64,000 nt of DNA. Origin: a virus. Position numbers and translations under genes: made by a program. This document shows, piece by piece, positions 40,142 to 50,180 of the stretch. The notes beneath the pieces are model-generated. The model had not been told where the DNA came from and did not search any database. It saw only the letters and a program-made list of their open reading frames with translations. The stretch covers positions 32,001 through 96,000 of IMG/VR virus record IMGVR_UViG_3300029787_000001. One strand, given 5' to 3'. Each line of letters begins with the position of its first letter. Position 1 is the first letter of the stretch.

Positions 40142-40228
40142 AGTGAGGTGTCCGAGTGGTTTAAGGATCCGGTCTAGAAAACCGGTGTAGGAGCAATCCT
40201 ACCGTGGGTTCGAATCCCACCCTCACTG
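40142..40228 (+). tRNA. tRNA-Ser with anticodon AGA, CCA not encoded
   Basis: AGTGAGG/CCTCACT, G73, long variable arm GTAGGA-GCAA-TCCTAC, CCGGT-CT AGA AA-ACCGG. Confidence 0.85.
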
Positions 40229-40321
40229 CCCCCTATTTTTATCAAATGAAGAGAATCTTAGCCCTATTGACTAGTTACTTTGAATCGTGCTCAGTTTGTG
40301 GGTGCGACCCATGTGATTGCT

Positions 40322-41236
40322 ATGATCAAGATTATTAGTTTACTATTTTTATTTTCTTGCGGTAACGAGTTCGTTGTTACACCAACAGATGTAATAGAAG
40401 TAGAAATCCCACCACCCTTAGACACAGCACCTCAGACCGAAGTAGTCATAGATTATTTTGTCCAGCCATCCAAGCCAGAGAGCTTGGATGTTCTGGTTGT
40501 GCTAGACACCTCTTGCTCCATGATGAATGATTATGAGAAAGTCGCTTCGGGAATGGACATCTTGAGAGGTGACATAGAGACTCTCACCTACGATTATCAG
40601 ATCGGTATAATAAATAGCTCTCTTTCGGGAGAGGTTTATTTTGCAGGTCCTTACGATACGAACTCTAGTTCAATAGAGTTTTTGCTAGGCACATCATTGT
40701 TGTCGCATGACAACTTTGAGCAGGGCTTTAGAAGCCATTATGAATTTGCAACCATCACTGAGGAAGGCTTATTCTTTTTAAGACCCGGCGTCCCAAAATT
40801 ATATATTTACATTTCTGATGAGGATGAGCAAAGCCCCATACCAACGCAGATTTTTAAAGAATGGCTTGATGACTATCATGATTCGGTAATTTACGATGCT
40901 TTAGCAATCGCTATGATTGAAGACAGCCCCCACTGCAATTCGAGACCAGCCGACATCGGCTATAAGTTTGATGAATTCGTTCAATATTATAACAAGAAAG
41001 CAATAGACATTTGCGGCAACTGGCAGTTGGCTTTGGCAGATAGTAGTTTTTTGGTAACTCAGGTCTCCTACTTACAACTATCAAGACAGCCACTTGCAGA
41101 ATCTATTGTTGTCTATCAAAATGGCACCAAAGAGAATAATTGGTACTACTTAAACTACACCAATACGGTGTATTTTCAGTTTGAAATTGAAGACGGTGCA
41201 GCGATAAAAGTTGGCTACGACTCAATAGTGGAATAA
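40322..41236 (+). CDS. vWA-like lipoprotein
   Basis: LLFLFS-C lipobox; VVLDTSCSM, YISDEDEQS. Confidence 0.7.
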   Translation: MIKIISLLFLFSCGNEFVVTPTDVIEVEIPPPLDTAPQTEVVIDYFVQPSKPESLDVLVVLDTSCSMMNDYEKVASGMDILRGDIETLTYDYQIGIINSSLSGEVYFAGPYDTNSSSIEFLLGTSLLSHDNFEQGFRSHYEFATITEEGLFFLRPGVPKLYIYISDEDEQSPIPTQIFKEWLDDYHDSVIYDALAIAMIEDSPHCNSRPADIGYKFDEFVQYYNKKAIDICGNWQLALADSSFLVTQVSYLQLSRQPLAESIVVYQNGTKENNWYYLNYTNTVYFQFEIEDGAAIKVGYDSIVE

Positions 41237-41240
41237 ACAA

Positions 41241-41885
41241 ATGATCACAGCAATGGGCGATGTAATGCGCGAAGCCTATAAGCGCAACTGGATCACGACT
41301 CGCGATGGAAACGTCGCAGTTAGAATCAAGAACTCAAGCACAATTTACCTAACACCCTCGGCTATAAGAAAAACTTTAATTTGCCCTGAGATGATAGTGA
41401 GGCTAGAGCTTGGCGATGAACTTCAATTTCATGCAAGCATGGATCTCCAGGCAACTGGCGAGTGGGATATGCATTACAGAATTTTAAAAGACGCGAAGGA
41501 AAGCGCAAGCTCTGTACACCTTCACCCACCTAATATAGTGGCAGCGATGTATGCTGGTTGGAATTTGCAAGAAATGGTAAAGCCATTTCCAGAAGTCTTC
41601 AGGTATACTCGCGTTGGGCACAATGTTGCCGCTTGGCAGGCTTTGTCAAAAGAGTTAGCTCAGCACACTGCCAATAATCTTGGGATTGAGGATGGAATAA
41701 GAAAATTTGATATCGTTGGTCAAAAAAACCACGGAGTTACAGCCGTAGGAAAAAATCCTTGGGAAGCGTTTGAACACATAGAAAGAGTTGAACACATTTG
41801 TCAAATTGTGTTAGCATCGGGTGTACAACCACCCGAGATAAAAAATGGAAAACATAAAAAATTCAATTTGTTTGTTCGACGTTGA
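41241..41885 (+). CDS. Class II aldolase/adducin family protein
   Basis: DGNVAVR, TPS, E..MH, HLHP, NHG. Confidence 0.88.
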   Translation: MITAMGDVMREAYKRNWITTRDGNVAVRIKNSSTIYLTPSAIRKTLICPEMIVRLELGDELQFHASMDLQATGEWDMHYRILKDAKESASSVHLHPPNIVAAMYAGWNLQEMVKPFPEVFRYTRVGHNVAAWQALSKELAQHTANNLGIEDGIRKFDIVGQKNHGVTAVGKNPWEAFEHIERVEHICQIVLASGVQPPEIKNGKHKKFNLFVRR

Positions 41886-42666
41886 CGGAACGCTAACAGA
41901 GCCAAGAAGAAGAATAAACAAAGAGATATTAGACTCTTTGAGAGAGTTGTCTTTTAGCACAGAGATAGGACTTCTCACCGGCTCTGGATTGGATTACATT
42001 AAAGAACAGTTGTGGCCACTGCTGGCTGACCAAGAGTTAAGCCTTAATTGCCATGTGCTACCCTGCAACGGGATAGAATATTACATTCCAAATCCTGAGT
42101 CGCCCGGAAACTTTATAGAAATCCATAAGAACTCTATGTGGCACAAGCTTGGGCACGATAAGTTTCAATTAGTCATGAAAACAATAATGAAACTACAGGC
42201 AAGAATATCCGAACGCGACTACGATATTTCGTTTACTGGGCACCACTTCCAAAATAGAGGCTCAACTGTCAATTGGTCGCCTATCGGCAGAAATGCTGAA
42301 AACGGAGATCGACAGCAGTTCTTGGCAATGGATAAGATTTACGGCATCAGGAAAGAATTTATTTATGAATTTAGAAAAACAATGTTGCATGCCGCAATAG
42401 ATGACGTTACAATAAAGTTCGGTGGTGATACGTCTTTCGACATCTACCCAACAGGCTGGGACAAGAGATATGCCCTCAAGCACTTCCCTGAGTCTGATTG
42501 GGATGTTTTCTTTGTCGGAGACAGATGCAGCCCAGATGGAAATGATTACGAAATCTATGAACACTTGAACCCGCTCGGAAGATCATTCGAGACAAGCGGA
42601 CCAGAAGAAACAATAGAAATAATCGACATTCATCTTCATAAATTAATAGGGAGCTTACATGAGTGA
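41845..42666 (+). CDS. Phosphomannomutase, HAD-IIB (eukaryotic PMM type)
   Basis: LFDVDGTLT, NWSPIGR, GGDTSFDIYPTGWDK, GDRCSPDGNDYEI. Confidence 0.88.
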   Translation: MENIKNSICLFDVDGTLTEPRRRINKEILDSLRELSFSTEIGLLTGSGLDYIKEQLWPLLADQELSLNCHVLPCNGIEYYIPNPESPGNFIEIHKNSMWHKLGHDKFQLVMKTIMKLQARISERDYDISFTGHHFQNRGSTVNWSPIGRNAENGDRQQFLAMDKIYGIRKEFIYEFRKTMLHAAIDDVTIKFGGDTSFDIYPTGWDKRYALKHFPESDWDVFFVGDRCSPDGNDYEIYEHLNPLGRSFETSGPEETIEIIDIHLHKLIGSLHE

Positions 42667-43096
42667 GAATAAGACCATAATGGTTAGTGGCGGCTTTGAC
42701 CCAGTACACATCGGACACATCAGAATGATTATAGAAGCATCAAAATACGGCGATGTGATTGTTGTTGCTAATTCTGACAGTTGGCTTTTTAGAAAGAAAG
42801 GCTTTGTATTTATGGAATTTGAACAGCGGGCTGAAATACTTGCTGCCATAAAGGGAGTAATAAAAGTCTCCGGCGCCGATGATTCAGACGGTACTGTTTG
42901 TGAAGCGATTAGAAGGCTAAAGCCGGATTATTTTGCAAATGGCGGTGATCGAAAGAAGCACAACACCCCAGAGCAAGCTGTCTGTGATGAGCTTGGTGTT
43001 GAGATGCTTTGGAGCGTAGGCGGCGATGACAAGGCTAATTCAAGTTCTGATTTAGTTGATAGAGTTGTGGTTAAGAGCAGAGTTTCGAGCAGATAA
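42659..43096 (+). CDS. Cytidylyltransferase (TagD/RfaE-like)
   Basis: SGGFDPVHIGH, ANSD, FANGGDR. Confidence 0.88.
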   Translation: MSENKTIMVSGGFDPVHIGHIRMIIEASKYGDVIVVANSDSWLFRKKGFVFMEFEQRAEILAAIKGVIKVSGADDSDGTVCEAIRRLKPDYFANGGDRKKHNTPEQAVCDELGVEMLWSVGGDDKANSSSDLVDRVVVKSRVSSR

Positions 43097-43133
43097 ACCC
43101 TAGTTACTATGAATTATGGACAAAGAGTTTAAA

Positions 43134-43622
43134 ATGAAAACCCTTAAACTTGATTTAACATATCGCCCGGTAGGCGTGATTGATTGTCTTGAAGCTTTGG
43201 TTCTTTGCATTGTAGGCAAAGCAATTGCAGTTGAAGAATACGAGAATAAAGTTAGATCACCATCAGCCTCTTTTAAAATACCTTCTGTGATTGTGTTAAA
43301 GAATGTTGTAAAGTTTTATAATATGGCATTGAGACCAACAAGAAGCAACGTTGTTTGGCGAGATCATAATAGGTGTCAATACTGTGCTGATTATTTTCCT
43401 TCTAGTGAGCTTACTTTAGATCACATTGTTCCCCGCTCTCGTGGCGGGAAAAACTCTTGGACCAATCTTGTTGCTTGCTGTAAAAAATGTAATCAAGTAA
43501 AACGAGATCGAACACCGGAAGAGGCAGACATGCAACTAATTAAAAAACCACTAAAACCTCATAACTCTGTTTTGCGACATGCAACTAAAATCGAGCCTAT
43601 TTGGAATATTTATTTGTGGTAA
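43134..43622 (+). CDS. HNH endonuclease (McrA-like)
   Basis: RDHNRCQYC, TLDHIVPRSRGG, NLVACCKKCN. Confidence 0.92.
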   Translation: MKTLKLDLTYRPVGVIDCLEALVLCIVGKAIAVEEYENKVRSPSASFKIPSVIVLKNVVKFYNMALRPTRSNVVWRDHNRCQYCADYFPSSELTLDHIVPRSRGGKNSWTNLVACCKKCNQVKRDRTPEEADMQLIKKPLKPHNSVLRHATKIEPIWNIYLW

Positions 43623-43718
43623 ACCGCTGCATCGTCGGTAATAACGGTGGGTGGCTGCCGCACCAAACGTAGGCAGAGGTTTTCGGTTATCCTAAATTCT
43701 AGACACAAAACCGAACAT

Positions 43719-43794
43719 GCCGATATAGCTCAGTTGGTAGAGCTTCTGTTTTGTAAACAGGGGGTCGGGGGTTCGAGTCCCTCTATCGGCACCA
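43719..43794 (+). tRNA. tRNA-Thr(TGT)
   Basis: Cloverleaf, TT-TGT-AA, CCA. Confidence 0.93.
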
Positions 43795-43813
43795 TTTAAA
43801 TCATGGAGGGGAC

Positions 43814-44338
43814 ATGAGAGATGAAACAAGAAGAGAGCGCTATGATAACAAGAAATCAAAAGCAAAAATCTTCCCGGTCAGCCTAACAGCAATTAATTTT
43901 CATTGTGATGAAAATCTTGGCTACCTCATCCGTTCAGCAGCTTGTTTTGGAGCGTCATCCGTAAATGTAATTGGCTGCCTCCCCGACAGAAAAGAATTAA
44001 GAACATTTTCTGGTTCTTTGGCTGATTACATAGAGATAAATCAGTTTTCTACTCCAGAAGAATTTATGCAATTCTCACGCACCGAAAACATTCATCTTGT
44101 CTCGGCAGAATTAACAAGTGAAGCGTCTAATCTTGAACATTATTCATTTGATTATGACAAAAAGACGAGCATTGTTGTTGGTAACGAAACGACCGGAGTC
44201 CCATCTCAGATTTTATTGAATAGCGATGTCGTCTACATTGAAATGCCCGGCATTGGATACTGTTTAAACACAGCGCAAACAGCCAACATAATGCTTTACG
44301 AAGCAGTTAGCCAATTTAAAAAACAAGTTAGTTTTTAA
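43814..44338 (+). CDS. SpoU/TrmH-family RNA methyltransferase
   Basis: NLGYLIRSAACFG, VVGNETTGV, IEMPG..CLN. Confidence 0.88.
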   Translation: MRDETRRERYDNKKSKAKIFPVSLTAINFHCDENLGYLIRSAACFGASSVNVIGCLPDRKELRTFSGSLADYIEINQFSTPEEFMQFSRTENIHLVSAELTSEASNLEHYSFDYDKKTSIVVGNETTGVPSQILLNSDVVYIEMPGIGYCLNTAQTANIMLYEAVSQFKKQVSF

Positions 44339-44378
44339 ATTCTATTAATCTGAGACAGACCCTTGTGATAATGTAAAA

Positions 44379-44401
44379 AAGCCCGCCAATTAGGCGGGCT
44401 T
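44379..44401. terminator. Intrinsic terminator-like hairpin
   Basis: AAGCCCGCC-AATTA-GGCGGGCTT with an upstream A6 tract. Confidence 0.55.
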
Positions 44402-44429
44402 ACTATTTAAAGTAGTCACAGGAGTTTTG

Positions 44430-45761
44430 ATGGCTAAGAAAAACTACATTCTTGACACGAGTGTCTACCTTACAGACGCGGACGCTCTTTACAAGTTTGA
44501 TAATCACGACATTTATGTCCCTCTTAAAGTGCTAGAGGAAATTGATAAGCATAAGAAGCGTCAGGATTCAGTAGGAATCAACGCCCGCAGAATCATTCGC
44601 ACCCTTGACGAATTGAGAACCAAGGGTAATTTACAGAAAGGTGTGAGACTGGATAAAGGTAAAGGAGTTTTAAAAGTAATTTCTTATGAAGTTTTGAAGA
44701 ATGTAATCTTCCCTTCTGATCTCGATTTGAACATTCCAGACCACATGATTATCGCGACTGCTATGGCTGTACGTGAAGAATCAACAAGAAAGACTTCTGT
44801 TGTCTCTCGCGACATCAACATGCGAGTTATCTGTGATTCAGTTGGACTTCCAGCAGAGGACTACACCACCGAAAAGGTAGTAACATCTTCTGACGAACTC
44901 TACTCTGGTTTAGCTACACACCTTGTTGATGACCAAGTAGTTGATCGCTTTTACGAGGGGAATGACATTATCATCAGTGAAGATGAGGTGAAGCATAAGT
45001 GGCATCCAAACCAGTATGTCTTGTTGGTGTCCAACGCTAATGAAAAGAAGACCTGCATAGCAAGGTTTTACACCCATTTCCAGCCTCTGGAAAAAGTTAT
45101 TCACTCAACCATTCCTGATTGGAAAATTTCATCAAGAAACAAGGAACAGGCGTTCGCAATTGACCTTCTTATGGATCCTGATGTTAAGGTTGTGTCACTC
45201 GTTGGTCGTGCTGGTTCTGGCAAGACCCTGTGTGCTATCGCATCAGGGCTCCAGCAGACAATTGGCTTAAGAGGCAACAACCACTATGATCGGATGATTG
45301 TTTCACGACCAGTGCAGCCGCTCGGTAAAGACATTGGTTTCCTACCCGGCACCATGGAAGAGAAGATGCTTCCTTGGTTGATGCCCATACAAGATAACCT
45401 GCAATTTTTGGTTGGAGGAGACAAAAAAACCCTACAAATGTACATGGAGAAAGGTAAAATAGAGATAGAGGCTCTGACCTATATCCGTGGTCGCTCGATA
45501 GCAAACGCATTTATCATCATTGACGAAGCACAGAACTTGACAGCACATGAGATAAAGACGATTATGACCCGCGTTGGCGAAGGAACCAAAATAGTGCTTA
45601 CAGGCGACATCGAGCAAATTGATAATGTTTACGTTAACGAGACCTCTAATGGTCTTGCGCACTGTGTTGAGAAGTTTAAAGAGTTTCCAATTGCTGGACA
45701 CGTAACCTTTACAAGGGGAGAGCGTTCTGAGGTAGCCACATTAGCTTCTAAGGTGTTGTAG
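44430..45761 (+). CDS. phoH: PhoH-family ATPase with N-terminal PIN domain
   Basis: ILDTSV PIN motif, GRAGSGKT, GFLPG, RGRS, DEAQN, GDIEQID. Confidence 0.93.
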   Translation: MAKKNYILDTSVYLTDADALYKFDNHDIYVPLKVLEEIDKHKKRQDSVGINARRIIRTLDELRTKGNLQKGVRLDKGKGVLKVISYEVLKNVIFPSDLDLNIPDHMIIATAMAVREESTRKTSVVSRDINMRVICDSVGLPAEDYTTEKVVTSSDELYSGLATHLVDDQVVDRFYEGNDIIISEDEVKHKWHPNQYVLLVSNANEKKTCIARFYTHFQPLEKVIHSTIPDWKISSRNKEQAFAIDLLMDPDVKVVSLVGRAGSGKTLCAIASGLQQTIGLRGNNHYDRMIVSRPVQPLGKDIGFLPGTMEEKMLPWLMPIQDNLQFLVGGDKKTLQMYMEKGKIEIEALTYIRGRSIANAFIIIDEAQNLTAHEIKTIMTRVGEGTKIVLTGDIEQIDNVYVNETSNGLAHCVEKFKEFPIAGHVTFTRGERSEVATLASKVL

Positions 45762-46202
45762 ATGATAGAGATTGCCTTCGGATTATTTCTGGGAAACTTA
45801 ATAGAATGGATTGTTCACAAATTCTTTCTACATAATCTCGGAAGAAAGAAGGCGTCTTTCTTTTCATTTCACTGGGGAGTTCACCATAAGGCAGCAAGAA
45901 GAAATAAGTTTTTGGACAGAAAAGTCTCAGCAAGAGAAATAGTTGGGGTAGCTTTTCTGTGCCTCCTTGCTTCCCCTGCCTTATTTATTTCCCCCCTTCT
46001 TTACACAGGCATGTTTGTTCATGCTATAGTCTATTTAGTAGTCCACAATTACGCACACAGGAATCCTGATTGGTGTTACAAATACCTTAGATGGCACTAC
46101 GATCATCACATGGGTAAAAATCAAAACATGAACTGGTGTGTCGTTCATCCATTGGCGGATTATTTATTAGGAACACGGAGAAAGTATGAATACAGAAAAT
46201 GA
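45762..46202 (+). CDS. Fatty-acid hydroxylase/sterol desaturase family membrane protein
   Basis: His boxes HKFFLH, HWGVHH, HNYAH, HYDHH. Confidence 0.8.
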   Translation: MIEIAFGLFLGNLIEWIVHKFFLHNLGRKKASFFSFHWGVHHKAARRNKFLDRKVSAREIVGVAFLCLLASPALFISPLLYTGMFVHAIVYLVVHNYAHRNPDWCYKYLRWHYDHHMGKNQNMNWCVVHPLADYLLGTRRKYEYRK

Positions 46203-47095
46203 ATTATCAGGAGTCATCGTTGCTTCTGAAAACCCACTAAAGGAAATGCTTGTTAATTATGTAGGCAACAAGTTTGCAACTGATGCCGACGAGGGAGAAT
46301 TTGAGGTTACAGTGCAGATGATCGTAGATGCGCTTGCTCATGAATTCCCAGAGTTTGTCATGATTATGGCAGAAGAAAATTGGGTTAGAGGCTACCAACA
46401 AGGATTAGACGATGCTACTAAATTACATCCAGAAACGCCAACAGATGCTTGAGAGTGGGGGCAACTTTTACACCCCAAATGGCATTCACGTTTACACCAA
46501 AGATGAACTAGTCAATGATACCGTTGATCTAGAAGGGACAGTAGCAAAGCTCGAAGCCAATCTGCCGGATCACGTTAGAGATGGTGTAGAGATGATTATT
46601 GTTGGACACTTTGATGAATTTGAGGAAAGAGGCATTAACGCTTTTTACAAAGATGGGGCGCTCTATGTTTCAAATGTTCAAGATGATAATGACGACTTGC
46701 TCGATGATCTAATCCACGAAACAGCACACTCTGTAGAGGAGCAATATGGAATGGAAATCTACGCAGATCAGAAAATTAAAAATGAGTTTTTGAGAAAGCG
46801 AGAGCACCTTTACAATGTCTTGTGGAAGATGGGATTCAAGGCTCCAAAGCAATTGTTCACAGACCCCGAATACGATCAGGAATTTGATGAGTTTTTACAC
46901 CAAGATGTCGGATACGACAAGCTCTCTGAGATTCTCAAGGGAATAATGATTTCACCCTATGCAGCCACAAGCTTGCGAGAATATTTCGCGACAGCATTTA
47001 CAGAGTTCTATCTTTATCCCAACTCACACAGCTATCTTCAGAGAGCGTCTCCAGAGCTATATAAAAAACTAGTTGAGCTACATCAAGCAGGCTGA
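46186..47095 (+). other. Hypothetical (46186-46452) and zincin-like protein (46445-47095)
   Basis: IHETAH and YAATSLREYFA. Confidence 0.6.
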
Positions 47096-47145
47096 AGTTG
47101 ACAGCCCATAGCCAGCGTGTTAGGTTAGTGGCATAAGGAGTTATT

Positions 47146-47904
47146 ATGCCCCACATTTCGTTCTCGGCATTAAAAGATTGGAACACTTGCGCTTGGTATC
47201 ACAAGCTGACGCGCATTGATAAGATCGCAGGCTTTAAGGGCAACGCCTACACTGCTTTCGGCAATGCTATTCATGATGTTTGCGAGAAAAAGCTCCTTAA
47301 AGAAGAGATTAGCGAGAATGAGCTTTTTCTAGAACGCTTTGAACATTTTTTGAAGGAACTTCCCGAACCTCAAGATGAAAAGCTTGTAGAACAGATGCGA
47401 GAGCAAGGCAAGCACATACTGCCTGAAATCGAAGATGCTCTAGAAGACTACTTCGGCGATTACGAAGTTCTTGGTTCTGAAATTCCCCTTGAAGAACCCA
47501 TTGAGGATGAAGAAGAGTATATCTTCAAGGGCTACATTGATGGTGTCGTAGCCACACCTGATGGCAAAGTTCACATCTTTGATTGGAAGACTTGTTCTTG
47601 GGGTTGGGATGCAAAGCGCCGCAACTCCCCAATGACCACCTATCAGTTGACTCTCTACAAGCATTTCTTTGCTCGTAAGATGAACATTGATCCAAAAAAC
47701 ATTGAAACGCACTTTGCTCTGCTTAAGAGAACTTCCAAGAAAGAAAGAGTTGAATTCTTTAGAGTAACCTCTGGACCGAGAAAGACTGAAAATGCTACAA
47801 AATTATTGAAAAAAGCTCTATACAATATCAAGAACAAGAGATACATTAAGAATAGAATGTCTTGTAAGTTTTGTAAATTTAACAAGACAGAGCATTGTAG
47901 ATGA
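47146..47904 (+). CDS. PD-(D/E)xK exonuclease (RecB/Cas4-like)
   Basis: FGNAIH, KGYID, IFDWKT, YQLTLY, CKFC; sigma70-like promoter at 47099. Confidence 0.85.
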   Translation: MPHISFSALKDWNTCAWYHKLTRIDKIAGFKGNAYTAFGNAIHDVCEKKLLKEEISENELFLERFEHFLKELPEPQDEKLVEQMREQGKHILPEIEDALEDYFGDYEVLGSEIPLEEPIEDEEEYIFKGYIDGVVATPDGKVHIFDWKTCSWGWDAKRRNSPMTTYQLTLYKHFFARKMNIDPKNIETHFALLKRTSKKERVEFFRVTSGPRKTENATKLLKKALYNIKNKRYIKNRMSCKFCKFNKTEHCR

Positions 47905-47913
47905 GGTTCATAA

Positions 47914-48903
47914 ATGCTAGCAGAATACATTTGGGTTGATGGCTCGGAGCCATACCGCCTGCTTAGAAGCAAAACTAGAGTTTTTGAAGAAAGACCAGAA
48001 AAATTTCCATTATGGAACTTTGATGGATCTTCAACAAATCAGGCTAAAGGTAACAGTTCCGACTGTGTCCTTCAGCCTGTTTTTACTTGTAACGACCCGC
48101 TTCGTTACGATAGCGTGCTGGTCATGTGTGAGGTGTTGACACCTGACATGAAGCCGCACCCATCCAACACCCGCGTGTTTGCAGAACAAGTCGAAAACGA
48201 ATATTCGTCAGAGATGGCGCTCTTTGGTCTTGAGCAAGAGTACACCATCTTCAAAGACGGACGCCCGCTGGGCTTCCCAGAAGGAGGCTTCCCAGAACCA
48301 CAGGGCAAATATTACTGCTCTGCTGGCGGTGGCAGAGTCTTTGGTCGCGAGATAGTTGAAGAACATCTTCGACTCTGCCTCTCAGCCGGCTTAAAAATTG
48401 GCGGCGTTAATGCTGAGGTTATGCCCGGTCAGTGGGAATTCCAGATTGGACCTTTGGGAACCGTAGAGACCGGAGATCACTTGAACATTGCACGCTACCT
48501 TTTGGAGCGTGTCAGCGAAGATTATGGTGTAGAAATCAGTTATGCAGCCAAGCCAATGGCAGGCGATTGGAATGGCGCCGGTTGTCACGTTAATTTTTCT
48601 ACTATTCCCATGAGAGAGTCGCTAAAAGCCTGCGAGGATGCATGCCGCGCCCTTGGTAATAACACCGAAGAGCACATTAAAAATTATGGACACGACATCG
48701 AGTCGCGCCTAACAGGAGCACACGAGACGTGTTCTTACAAGGAGTTTCGTTGGGGGGTGTCAGATAGGACAGCCTCAATCCGCATCCCTTGGGGCGTCGC
48801 TAAAGCAGGCAAGGGGTACATTGAAGACCGCCGCCCCAATGCCGACTGTGATCCTTATCTCGTTTGCGGTCTCATCTTAAAAACAGTTATGGAGAACAGA
48901 TGA
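47914..48903 (+). CDS. Glutamine synthetase type II
   Basis: EYIWVDG, WNFDGSST, NAEVMPGQWEFQIGP, WNGAGCH, RLTGAHET, EDRRP. Confidence 0.92.
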   Translation: MLAEYIWVDGSEPYRLLRSKTRVFEERPEKFPLWNFDGSSTNQAKGNSSDCVLQPVFTCNDPLRYDSVLVMCEVLTPDMKPHPSNTRVFAEQVENEYSSEMALFGLEQEYTIFKDGRPLGFPEGGFPEPQGKYYCSAGGGRVFGREIVEEHLRLCLSAGLKIGGVNAEVMPGQWEFQIGPLGTVETGDHLNIARYLLERVSEDYGVEISYAAKPMAGDWNGAGCHVNFSTIPMRESLKACEDACRALGNNTEEHIKNYGHDIESRLTGAHETCSYKEFRWGVSDRTASIRIPWGVAKAGKGYIEDRRPNADCDPYLVCGLILKTVMENR

Positions 48904-50180
48904 CAAAAAAGAAAATCTTAGTCCTCTCAGACCACCCCCTATCACCCTCTGGCGTAGGGACTCAAACAAAGTACATGATTGAGGCACTATTGAAGACCGG
49001 TCGCTATCAGTTTGTTTGCCTCGGAGGTGCCGTAAAGCACGGGGACTACACGCCTCAGATGGTCGATCCTTGGGGTGATGATTGGCGCATTTTCCCAGTT
49101 GATGGCTATGGTAACCACGAGATTATTCGCTCTGTGTTACAAAAAGAACGTCCAGACGCCTTGTGGTTTATGACAGACCCCAGATTCTATGGATGGCTTT
49201 GGGAAATTGAAAACGAGGTCCGAGCAAACATCCCCATGGTTTACTACCATGTCTGGGACAACTTCCCCGCCCCACAGTACAACGCTGATTTTTACAACTC
49301 TACAGATGTGGTTGCCTGCATTTCTAAAGTCACACATGCAGTCGTGCAAGATGTGGCGCCAGAAGTAGAGTCTTGCTATCTCCCGCACGCAGTCAATGAA
49401 TCCATCTTCCATCCTGCTAAGACTGATGAAGAAGAAAGAGCACAAGTCATAATGCGCAAAAGGGTTATGGACACATCTACCGCCATTCACCCAAAAAAGA
49501 AAATCTTCTTCTGGAACAACCGTAATGCCCGACGCAAGCAGAGTGGCACCCTTATTTGGTGGTTCAAGGAGTGGCTCGATAAGGTCGGACACGACAAGGC
49601 AACTCTCTTGATGCACACAGATCCTCGCGACCCTCACGGTCAAGATCTGCCACATCTAATCAACCATCTTGGTCTAGATAATGGACAAGTCCTAATGTCC
49701 ACCAAGAAAGTTCCACCCGAAGAACTTGCCAATCTCTACAGAATGGCAGACTACACCATCAACATCTCTGATGCTGAGGGCTTTGGTCTTGCAACTCTTG
49801 AGTCACTTTCTTGCGGAACACCAATCATTGTTAACATGACAGGCGGGCTACAAGAACAGGTAACAGACGGAAAGGATTGGTTTGGCTTCGGCATCGAGCC
49901 TGCATCGAAGACAGTCATCGGCTCTCTGCAAGTGCCCTACATCTATGAGGATCGCATTTCACAGCGAGACTTCGAGAAGACACTTACGAAGGCACTTAAG
50001 AACCCAACAAAGAAATACAGACAAATGGCTTCACAGGGTCGCAGGCACGTGCTAAAATCTTACAACTTTGAGACTTTTGAAAAGTCTTGGATTGATTTAA
50101 TGGACAAAGTCATAGAAGAGCATGGCTCTTGGGAAACAAGACAAAAATACCAACGCTGGCATTTGATGGAGGTAGCGTGA
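48900..50180 (+). CDS. Glycosyltransferase GT4
   Basis: AEGFGLATLES. Confidence 0.85.
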   Translation: MTKKKILVLSDHPLSPSGVGTQTKYMIEALLKTGRYQFVCLGGAVKHGDYTPQMVDPWGDDWRIFPVDGYGNHEIIRSVLQKERPDALWFMTDPRFYGWLWEIENEVRANIPMVYYHVWDNFPAPQYNADFYNSTDVVACISKVTHAVVQDVAPEVESCYLPHAVNESIFHPAKTDEEERAQVIMRKRVMDTSTAIHPKKKIFFWNNRNARRKQSGTLIWWFKEWLDKVGHDKATLLMHTDPRDPHGQDLPHLINHLGLDNGQVLMSTKKVPPEELANLYRMADYTINISDAEGFGLATLESLSCGTPIIVNMTGGLQEQVTDGKDWFGFGIEPASKTVIGSLQVPYIYEDRISQRDFEKTLTKALKNPTKKYRQMASQGRRHVLKSYNFETFEKSWIDLMDKVIEEHGSWETRQKYQRWHLMEVA

